Source of the DNA: a virus
Virus record (IMG/VR): IMGVR_UViG_3300023278_000857
Coordinates: 1,398-65,397 of that record
DNA length: 64,000 nucleotides
Reading direction: 5' to 3' (one strand)
Under the pieces are notes generated by a model. It had not been told where the DNA came from. It worked only from the letters and a program-made list of their open reading frames with translations, and made no database searches. Both the position numbers and the translations under genes were made by a program. Of this stretch, positions 27,964-34,552 are shown piece after piece; positions within the stretch are counted from its first letter, which is position 1; every line of letters starts with the position of its first letter.

Positions 27964-28248
27964 ATGAAACTATCAGATTTTAAAAAAATGGAAACACGTC
28001 CTGGATCTTTCCAGACAATACTACAGTTTGGAGACCAAATAGAACTGTCAGTTATTAGCGGAGACGGATCTTATTCCAGTATTGATGCTCCATATGAAAT
28101 CGCAGTATTTCGCAACGGTGAGTTTACTCAGTTTCCAGGTATTACAGGCCCAGACGATGATGTTCGTGGACATCTAGTTGAACAGGATGTTGATTTGGTT
28201 ATTAAGAAACTTGTTACTGTAACTAAAGCCGATCCTGTACAAGTATAA
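27964..28248 (+). CDS. Hypothetical early protein
   Basis: GGAGG upstream; probable start 27964. Confidence 0.65.
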   Translation: MKLSDFKKMETRPGSFQTILQFGDQIELSVISGDGSYSSIDAPYEIAVFRNGEFTQFPGITGPDDDVRGHLVEQDVDLVIKKLVTVTKADPVQV

Positions 28249-28273
28249 AGTAAACTAAAAACAATAGAATTAA

Positions 28274-28350
28274 GGTTCCTTAGCACAGCTGGATAGTGCA
28301 GCCGCCTTCTAAGCGGCAGGTCATAGGTTCGAATCCTATAGGGACCACCA
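28274..28350 (+). tRNA. tRNA-Arg(UCU)
   Basis: Cloverleaf, anticodon arm GCCGC-CTTCTAA-GCGGC, TTCGAAT T-loop, encoded CCA. Confidence 0.92.
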
Positions 28351-28357
28351 GAATACA

Positions 28358-28441
28358 CCTAGTGATGATAAATGGGGAATCTCAGCGCTCATAACGCTTC
28401 GTCGTAAGACCGAGTTGGTTCGATTCCAACCGCTAGGACCA
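28358..28441 (+). tRNA. Atypical tRNA with CAU anticodon (Met or Ile2) and long variable arm
   Basis: CCTAGTG/CGCTAGG acceptor, AGCG-CTCATAA-CGCT, variable arm GTC-GTAA-GAC, T-arm GTTGG/CCAAC, ACCA. Confidence 0.75.
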
Positions 28442-28488
28442 ATAATCTGTTACGCAGTGGTTTTAAGTTCGAATAGATAAATAACTAT

Positions 28489-28926
28489 ATGAACAAATGT
28501 AACCACTGCGAAGCAGACACAAACAACCCAAAGTTTTGTAGCAAATCTTGTGCTGCAAAATATAATAACAAAGGTGTTAGACGGCACGGCAAAGATCCTA
28601 TTAAGTGTGTAGTATGTAATACAGAAACACGCAATAAGAAATTTTGTAGTAGTAAGTGTTCAGGCTCTGTTAGGAAAAAAGATCCTAAACTAATAGCCGC
28701 AAGTAATGCCGCAAGGCAAGCACGTTACAGAGCAAAGTATGGATATAATAGAGCATATGCCAAAGACGCCAATAAAGAAGTGATGAAGATGATATATGAG
28801 AATTGTCCAGTGGGACACGAAGTAGACCATATTATGCCATTGTCAAAAGGCGGACTACACCACGAAGATAATCTACAATATCTTACTGTAAAAGAAAATA
28901 GGAAAAAAGGTAATAGTACTCCTTAA
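28489..28926 (+). mobile_element. Free-standing HNH endonuclease gene 1 in the tRNA island
   Basis: Two CxxC...FCSxxC Zn repeats, then HEVDHIMPLSKGG...NLQYLT..EN. Confidence 0.8.
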
Positions 28927-28929
28927 GAG

Positions 28930-29100
28930 TACCAAAAGACGTGTTGGGTAGCACCAGCTAGTATGGGTTAGCAAATCCCATATGACGAGAAGTGATGTTG
29001 CAGTCACAACAAAAGGCTCGATGAAAGTATTCCGGCATGTGTTTGTCGTTAGCGTGGATAGGCGGAGCGAAAGCGTTGAGAACCTCCCACGCATACACAG
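28930..29100 (+). ncRNA. Unclassified structured RNA candidate in the tRNA island
   Basis: Stacked hairpins TATGGG/CCCATA, GTGA/TCAC, GCGTGG/CCACGC with a GC-GAAA-GC tetraloop; no plausible ORF on this strand. Confidence 0.45.
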
Positions 29101-29112
29101 AAATTAGATACT

Positions 29113-29197
29113 GCCCGCGTGATGGAATGGTAGACATAACAGACTTAAAATCTGTGGCCTTCAAGGCGTGTCGGTTCGAGTCCGACCGCGGGTACCA
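29113..29197 (+). tRNA. tRNA-Leu(UAA)
   Basis: ACAGA-CTTAAAA-TCTGT, long variable arm, A73-CCA. Confidence 0.92.
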
Positions 29198-29202
29198 AAA
29201 AT

Positions 29203-29293
29203 GGAAGTGAGACTTGGTAGTCAGAGGAGTCTTATAAGCTCTTTGCGCCAGATTAGCGCCTTTGAGGTGGTTCGAATCCACCCACTTCTACCA
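29203..29293 (+). tRNA. tRNA-Ile(UAU) with long variable arm
   Basis: GGAAGTG/CACTTCT acceptor, GGAGT-CTTATAA-GCTCT, variable arm GCGC-CAGATTA-GCGC, T-arm, ACCA. Confidence 0.8.
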
Positions 29294-29314
29294 ATTTAAA
29301 CGACAGACGAATAG

Positions 29315-29343
29315 TTGACAGACACTAAATAAACTGTTATAAT
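29315..29343 (+). promoter_or_regulatory. Consensus sigma70 promoter within the tRNA island
   Basis: TTGACA-17bp-TATAAT. Confidence 0.8.
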
Positions 29344-29398
29344 AAACAAGTAAGCAAAGACGTTTACAACGCTATTTAAGATTTAAGAAACTAAATGT

Positions 29399-29473
29399 TC
29401 CGACGTAGCTCAGCGGTAGAGCAGTTGACTGTTAATCAATTGGTCGTAGGTTCGATCCCTACCGTCGGAGCCA
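29399..29473 (+). tRNA. tRNA-Asn(GUU)
   Basis: TTGA-CTGTTAA-TCAA anticodon arm, G73-CCA. Confidence 0.92.
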
Positions 29474-29479
29474 AAATAA

Positions 29480-29570
29480 GGAGAGTTGGCCGAGTGGCTT
29501 AAGGCACCCGATTACTAATCGGACGAACGTTAATAGCGTTCCGTGGGTTCGAATCCCACACTCTCTGCCA
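29480..29570 (+). tRNA. tRNA-Ser with ACU anticodon
   Basis: GGAGAGT/ACTCTCT acceptor, G73, long variable arm, CCGA-TTACTAA-TCGG (anticodon 29514-29516). Confidence 0.85.
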
Positions 29571-29584
29571 TAATAAATAAGTAC

Positions 29585-29662
29585 ATGGTTAATAAATGTC
29601 CTGAATGTAAATTTGAATTGGATCATAATGATTTTTGTCCAATTTGTAGAGTAAAAAGATAA
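29585..29662 (+). CDS. 25-aa CxxC...CxxC zinc-ribbon micropeptide (absent from ORF track)
   Basis: MVNKCPECKFELDHNDFCPICRVKR*; preceded by ATAAATA-N5-ATG. Confidence 0.55.
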   Translation: MVNKCPECKFELDHNDFCPICRVKR

Positions 29663-29707
29663 CGCCGCAATAGATGGTTTAGTTTTGCTCAACTAATAGA
29701 GCAAATT

Positions 29708-29737
29708 TTGCTTAAAAGGATAAATACTTTTGAGCAA
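29708..29737 (+). promoter_or_regulatory. Hairpin with late promoter GATAAATA in its loop, just upstream of the HNH2 RBS
   Basis: TTGCTTAAAAG-GATAAATA-CTTTTGAGCAA then GGGAGA and ATG29749. Confidence 0.65.
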
Positions 29738-29748
29738 GGGAGACACCA

Positions 29749-30255
29749 ATGTTTAAATGCGGTGAATGTAAAAAAGAATATGCTACCCAAAGAGCGTTGA
29801 ACGCACATATGGTAGCACATAAAGAAGGAAGTAGATATAGCGTTAGCAGAGCAGGACCTATAAAAACATTTATATGTCTACACTGTGGAAATGAAAACAA
29901 ATGGTCACACTCGACTAAGAATAAATTTTGTAATTTAGAGTGCCAACATAGTTTCCAACATAACGAACACATTCGTAGTTGGAAGGAAACAGGTAAACTA
30001 AGCAAAGGACCAGTTAAGCGTTACTTGGCAGAACAAGTAAGTGGATGCTGGGAGTGCGGAATTACTGAGTGGAACCAAAAGCCAATTGTGTTAGAATTAG
30101 AACACAAAGATGGCAATTCAGAAAATAACGCTGAAGATAATCTAAGTTTGTTATGTCCTAACTGTCATAGTCAGACATCAACATACAAGGGTAGAAATAA
30201 AGGAAACGGACGACATAGTAGAATGAAACGCTATTATGAAGGACAAAGTTTCTAA
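29749..30255 (+). mobile_element. Free-standing HNH endonuclease gene 2
   Basis: C2H2 finger, FCNLEC, CWECG...LELEHKDGNSENN...NLSLLCPNCH. Confidence 0.85.
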
Positions 30256-30330
30256 GCTGATGTGGCCCAATGGTAAGGCAACTGATTTGTAATCAGTAGA
30301 TTGGGAGTTCGATCCTCTCCATCAGCACCA
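30256..30330 (+). tRNA. tRNA-Thr(UGU)
   Basis: ACTGA-TTTGTAA-TCAGT; starts at the base right after the HNH2 stop codon. Confidence 0.92.
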
Positions 30331-30337
30331 TTAATAT

Positions 30338-30359
30338 GCGCCTGTGGTGAAATTGGTAG
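30338..30359 (+). pseudogene. 5' fragment of a split tRNA-Leu
   Basis: GCGCCTGTGGTGAAATTGGTAG (acceptor 5' strand and D-arm); pairs with CAGGCGC at 31161-31167. Confidence 0.8.
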
Positions 30360-30404
30360 GTAAAACAAATATGCGTTTGTCTACCAACTTAGATAAATAA
30401 CTGT

Positions 30405-31031
30405 ATGAACAATACAGATATACCATTAGGAAAACTTTGCGATAGCGGCTGTGGACAACAGGCACAGTATTTTAGTAAAGACACAGGAAGATATAGGTGT
30501 CTTAAAAGTGCTAACAGTTGTCCTGCTAATAAAGCAAAGAATAGCAAAGGCTTAAAGAAAGCCCACGCTGAAGGAAGAATACCCGTCTTTACAGACGAAA
30601 TGCGTGAGAAATCACATATTAGTCATAGGCGCAAATTAGTAGAAGAGAAACCTTTTGAGGATCTTGGACACATATTGCGGAAAAAGATTGTACTGGAAGA
30701 ACAAGACTACAAGTGCTTACATTGCAATTTAGATGAATGGATGGGGTTGCGTATAACATTAGAGTTGGATCATATCGATGGCAACAATAAAAATAATGTT
30801 AGAAGCAATTTAAGATGCCTTTGCCCTAACTGCCATAGTATTACAGATACTTGGAAAGTAGGAAATATCAAAGGCAAAAACACAAGGAAGCGTAGCGATG
30901 AAGAAATCATCGCTGCCTTTAAGAAGTGTAGTAGTATGAATGCTACATTAAAGGAATTAGGTTATAACTGGGGTAGTGCTGGTACTGTAAAAAAAGTACT
31001 ATTCCAATATAAACTAATAGAAAGTATTTAG
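30405..31031 (+). mobile_element. Free-standing HNH endonuclease gene 3, inserted within the split tRNA-Leu
   Basis: CLHCNLDEW...LELDHIDGNNKNN...NLRCLCPNCH; C-terminal HTH-like tail. Confidence 0.85.
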
Positions 31032-31035
31032 GTAT

Positions 31036-31120
31036 GCGGGTGTGGCGAAATTGGTAACCGCATCACGTTTAGGTCGTGACGCCGCAAGGCTTGGGGGTTC
31101 GAGTCCCTTCACCCGTACCA
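31036..31120 (+). tRNA. tRNA-Leu(UAG), putative replacement copy
   Basis: TCACG-TTTAGGT-CGTGA, long variable arm, A73-CCA; 4 nt after the HNH3 stop. Confidence 0.92.
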
Positions 31121-31130
31121 AATATAAAGG

Positions 31131-31171
31131 TGCTTTACGGCGTGGGGGTTCAAGTCCCTCCAGGCGCACCA
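31131..31171 (+). pseudogene. 3' fragment of the split tRNA-Leu (variable arm, T-arm, acceptor 3' strand, CCA)
   Basis: TGCTTTACGGCGTGGGGGTTCAAGTCCCTCCAGGCGCACCA. Confidence 0.8.
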
Positions 31172-31260
31172 TATAAAGGGTTTTGTTCCCCTTGTAAAAC
31201 AATTGAGCAAATGGTGCCCAGGATGTCCTAAGCAGGACCCAAAACTGCTTACACTAATTC

Positions 31261-31345
31261 GTCAATGCGGGTTTGCTAACAGTAACAGACACTACAGGCG
31301 TCATGTCAACTACTGCGGTAAGGTTCGACTCCTTAATTGACACCA
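31261..31345 (+). ncRNA. tRNA-like RNA with a 6-bp acceptor stem and no canonical anticodon arm
   Basis: GTCAAT/ATTGAC plus ACCA, T-arm TAAGG-TTCGACT-CCTTA, D-like stem GTTTG/CAGAC. Confidence 0.55.
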
Positions 31346-31351
31346 AGACAA

Positions 31352-31427
31352 TGGAAAGTAGATCAATTGGTAGATCATTTGTTTTTGGTACAAAAGGTTG
31401 AAGGTTCGAGTCCTTCCTTTCCAGCCA
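31352..31427 (+). tRNA. tRNA-Gln(UUG)
   Basis: U1-A72, G2-C71, G3-C70 and G73 Gln identity elements; TTTGT-TTTTGGT-ACAAA. Confidence 0.88.
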
Positions 31428-31456
31428 AAGTTATAAAAATATAAAGGAAAAATAAA

Positions 31457-31711
31457 ATGGATATTATTTTAATTGCAGTAATCCTCTCGGGCCTAGTAGG
31501 TTACTGGGCAAACAACTGGGGGCGCAATGGCTGGCTTTGGTTTGCTGCTTCGTTACTAGTATCATCACTAATCACAGCAATTGTGTTGTTCTTTATGGGC
31601 AGAGATGGTGCCGCAAAAGAAGAAAAAGAAGCACAAGAGATTGAAGCAGAAGCACAGAAATCTGCTGCTATCGAGAAACGTAAATCAGAATTAATGAAGG
31701 ATAAAAAATGA
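31457..31711 (+). CDS. Small membrane protein
   Basis: Two hydrophobic helices plus a charged tail; AAGGA RBS. Confidence 0.7.
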   Translation: MDIILIAVILSGLVGYWANNWGRNGWLWFAASLLVSSLITAIVLFFMGRDGAAKEEKEAQEIEAEAQKSAAIEKRKSELMKDKK

Positions 31712-31908
31712 AAGAACAATTAGTAAAAGCCGCACGTATGCATGCCGAAGGCGAGTTAGAACGTGCTAAAACAAACGTCATGGTTTACATGAACAATGCC
31801 ACAGGTATTGGTGAGCATAGTGACATTGTAGAAGCTATCCAAGAAGAACTTGATAAAATGGCTGCGGCTCATGACCGTATGGAAATGCTAACTAAATACT
31901 TTCCATAA
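31708..31908 (+). CDS. Small helical protein of a type common in marine T4-like phages
   Basis: GIGEHSDIVEAIQEELDK motif. Confidence 0.7.
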   Translation: MKEQLVKAARMHAEGELERAKTNVMVYMNNATGIGEHSDIVEAIQEELDKMAAAHDRMEMLTKYFP

Positions 31909-32144
31909 TGTACAGCATAGAAATGGACCATGATGAAATTGTAATTACAATCATGGACGACACTGGCAGTGAATCCGATATCATTATCAATAGTTTTGAT
32001 GATATAGTATACATTAGGCAATTTGAAGATGATAATCCCCGCCCACAGTCAATAGCAATGACACCAAAGATGTGGGAAGAACTTATCACCGCGATAGATA
32101 GTCCAGAAGGCTTCTTTAAAACAGTCAATAGGAACAAAAAATGA
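31908..32144 (+). CDS. Hypothetical protein
   Basis: Translationally coupled 78-aa ORF. Confidence 0.65.
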   Translation: MYSIEMDHDEIVITIMDDTGSESDIIINSFDDIVYIRQFEDDNPRPQSIAMTPKMWEELITAIDSPEGFFKTVNRNKK

Positions 32145-32959
32145 CATCTAAGACTTTAATCTTTACTATTGGATTAACTGACGCCGTCGATAATAATAAT
32201 GAATGGGGTGTGCATGCCGAGCATAAAATGGAAAAAGGGCACCAATTATACAATTTGTATAAGCAGAATCCAGAAGTAGAAAAAGCATCTATTTCCTGGA
32301 AACTGAATATGAATAATCCACTAATTGCTAAACTGATTTACCAATGGGAAGAAACAATTAGAAAACCACACCTTAAAATGGTGACTACACAACATACTGA
32401 TTTCCATTATAACAAAGAATATTTAAATATGTTCTTGGATTTAGCACATATTCCATTACTGCCTGGCAGTGATAATATATCAATGACTAATAAAGAGCTA
32501 ATGGATTATGATCTGACCCTAGCACAAAATGTTACATGGGGAGCATTAAAAATAAATGTAGATCGAATATATGATTTTAATAATGCAGAGCTCCAATCAT
32601 TCTCTCGACAAATTGATGAAGTACATACAACTGAAAAATTTATTGTTGATTCATATGATGTCGTTAGTAACAAAATACTAGATATACCATTAAGTTTTAG
32701 TTTTAACCTAGAATTATCTCAAATGAAAAGGAAAAAACCATCACTGTCATTCAGTGACTTAATGCATCACCAACAATCAATTTTTACCAAGTATGAATCA
32801 GAACTAAGTGATTTAGGATATGATAAAGAACTATATACAAAATTACTTACTAGTGAAGTAATAGTAATTGGCGAACCAAATGATTCTCCTGCAACTCGTT
32901 ACGAAACTTTTTCTAAATATCCAACAGTGTGTCGTACTAGCTTAACCAAAGAGGAATAA
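32141..32959 (+). CDS. Hypothetical protein
   Basis: 272-aa ORF, ATGA overlap. Confidence 0.65.
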   Translation: MTSKTLIFTIGLTDAVDNNNEWGVHAEHKMEKGHQLYNLYKQNPEVEKASISWKLNMNNPLIAKLIYQWEETIRKPHLKMVTTQHTDFHYNKEYLNMFLDLAHIPLLPGSDNISMTNKELMDYDLTLAQNVTWGALKINVDRIYDFNNAELQSFSRQIDEVHTTEKFIVDSYDVVSNKILDIPLSFSFNLELSQMKRKKPSLSFSDLMHHQQSIFTKYESELSDLGYDKELYTKLLTSEVIVIGEPNDSPATRYETFSKYPTVCRTSLTKEE

Positions 32960-32961
32960 CA

Positions 32962-33177
32962 ATGAAAATTTTAAAAACATTTAAGAAAGAAGACAAATCA
33001 GCTGTAATTAGTATTAGTAAAGAAGTGTTAACTTGTGCCTTTTATGAAAGCGAAACTCGTATTGGGGAGATTGAATATCCCAACAATACTTTCAGACACG
33101 TAGAAGATGCTGCTGAAAACTGGACCACTGGTATTTTGAAATTAGAAACTATTCAACAATATGGAAAAGTTGCTTAA
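32962..33177 (+). CDS. Hypothetical protein
   Basis: GAGGA RBS, 71 aa. Confidence 0.6.
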   Translation: MKILKTFKKEDKSAVISISKEVLTCAFYESETRIGEIEYPNNTFRHVEDAAENWTTGILKLETIQQYGKVA

Positions 33178-33237
33178 ATTAATTCAAATTATTTTATAAC
33201 CTATTGAAAACAAAGAAAACCTTTGTTCTGTTTTCTG

Positions 33238-33266
33238 TTGACTTACTGATCTAGAACTGCTAGAAC
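33238..33266 (+). promoter_or_regulatory. sigma70-like early promoter (TCTAGAACTGCTAGA family)
   Basis: TTGACT then a spacer shared with the promoter at 27490. Confidence 0.5.
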
Positions 33267-33301
33267 ATGCATATAAGTTAAACAAAAGCAAGGAATACAA
33301 A

Positions 33302-33586
33302 ATGGTAATGTTAAACACAGCAATTCAAGCAATTCAAAACAGTGACCGTAATGAGCTAAATCAGATCATTGCAGCAGTTAAACTGCGTCAAACATTCCTT
33401 GCTCGCCAAGCATCACGTTCGTTTATGGTAGGTGACATTGTATCATTTACAGGACGCCGTAATGCTACAGTAACAGGGCGTGTTACAAAAGTTAACCAAA
33501 AGACTGTAGTTGTTCTTGACAACAACTCGTCTACACAGTGGAAAGTTACAGCATCAATGTTGACGCCACTTAGCATAGGAGTGTAA
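33302..33586 (+). CDS. Small protein with SH3/KOW-like C-terminal half
   Basis: VGDIVSF...GRVTKVNQKTVVV pattern. Confidence 0.6.
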   Translation: MVMLNTAIQAIQNSDRNELNQIIAAVKLRQTFLARQASRSFMVGDIVSFTGRRNATVTGRVTKVNQKTVVVLDNNSSTQWKVTASMLTPLSIGV

Positions 33587-33590
33587 TCAG

Positions 33591-33800
33591 ATGTGGGCAA
33601 TCGAAGCAAGAAATTTTGGTGAGAAAAAAGATTACTTTTACCAGTCTGGATTGACAATGAAAGAAGCTCACCGTATGATCGCAAAAATGTCCAACAGTGG
33701 CAATTGGGCTAGCTGTCGTGCTTGGGATAAAGTTGCTGAGTGGAAGCAAGAAGAAGCTAACGAACGTATCCGTAAATTTGGTGGAAAGTTGTCAGTATGA
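33591..33800 (+). CDS. Hypothetical protein
   Basis: AGGAG RBS, 69 aa. Confidence 0.6.
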   Translation: MWAIEARNFGEKKDYFYQSGLTMKEAHRMIAKMSNSGNWASCRAWDKVAEWKQEEANERIRKFGGKLSV

Positions 33801-34492
33801 AAAAGCCAGAAACAGTTTATAATGTAGACCAAGTCTTGCAGTTATCTGTATATGTGGACGATCAGCAAGGTTTTATTAAAAGCGGGTTTGGCTTTTACGA
33901 TAGCGATCGTGGTCAAGAAACCAAAGACAATAAAACTGCGATATTCCATTACATGAATGGCGCAGTTGACATGCCAGCTATTACTGAAGATCAAAAAGAA
34001 CGTGCTAACAGTATCCGTGAATACTTTAAGGGTACACTAGTAGCAAAGAAGCTCATGGGCACACTTAATAGTTTTGAAGATGGTGTTATAAAATCTATTG
34101 GTAATAACGAAACTAATAGTTTTGGTGTTAGTGTTATTGCTAGTTTGCCCAACAGTTTGCGTATTAGCAAAAAGCGTGATGATCTAGACGATTGGTTCGA
34201 TAACCTACGTGATAAAAGTGAGTTTATTGGCAAACGTGGTGAGCGCCTCCGCTTTGGAGCATATGTACGTGATGTAAAATTTATTGCCAAATATGGTATT
34301 CACTTAGTAACTTGTGTTGATAAAAATGAAAACATTGTGAAGTTCTTCTTTAATAAAGAACCTGATATCGCAGGTTTGCTTGAAGGCCGTAATGTTACAC
34401 TTACTGGTAAAGTTAAACAACATGATGTTAGCAAGTTTAGTCAGTGTAAAGAAACTGTAATTAATTATGTAAGAGTAGAAGAAAGTACTTGA
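33797..34492 (+). CDS. Hypothetical protein with OB-fold-like C-terminus
   Basis: FIGKRGERL...VTLTGKVKQH...ETVINYV pattern. Confidence 0.6.
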   Translation: MKKPETVYNVDQVLQLSVYVDDQQGFIKSGFGFYDSDRGQETKDNKTAIFHYMNGAVDMPAITEDQKERANSIREYFKGTLVAKKLMGTLNSFEDGVIKSIGNNETNSFGVSVIASLPNSLRISKKRDDLDDWFDNLRDKSEFIGKRGERLRFGAYVRDVKFIAKYGIHLVTCVDKNENIVKFFFNKEPDIAGLLEGRNVTLTGKVKQHDVSKFSQCKETVINYVRVEEST

Positions 34493-34518
34493 CATCTTGA
34501 ATAACTGGTGTTATTATG
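34489..34518 (+). promoter_or_regulatory. sigma70-like promoter for the ATPase gene
   Basis: TTGACA-18bp-TATTAT. Confidence 0.5.
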
Positions 34519-34552
34519 AATATATAAACAGAGCAAATGGAGTGAGAAACAG

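Noticed and set aside
28442-28475. Theta/HDV-like ribozyme or tRNA remnant after the CAU tRNA
   Set aside because: Only a TTCGAAT heptamer and a short CTG/CAG stem; the nested pseudoknot could not be built
31172-31345. tmRNA (pseudoknots followed by a T-arm and CCA)
   Set aside because: Acceptor lacks the G3-U70 alanine determinant, both acceptor strands lie within 85 nt, and no tag reading frame or second piece was found
33250-33266. Alphaproteobacterial LexA box
   Set aside because: GAAC-N5-GAAC spacing does not match GAAC-N7-GAAC, and the sister promoter at 27490 lacks the second half-site
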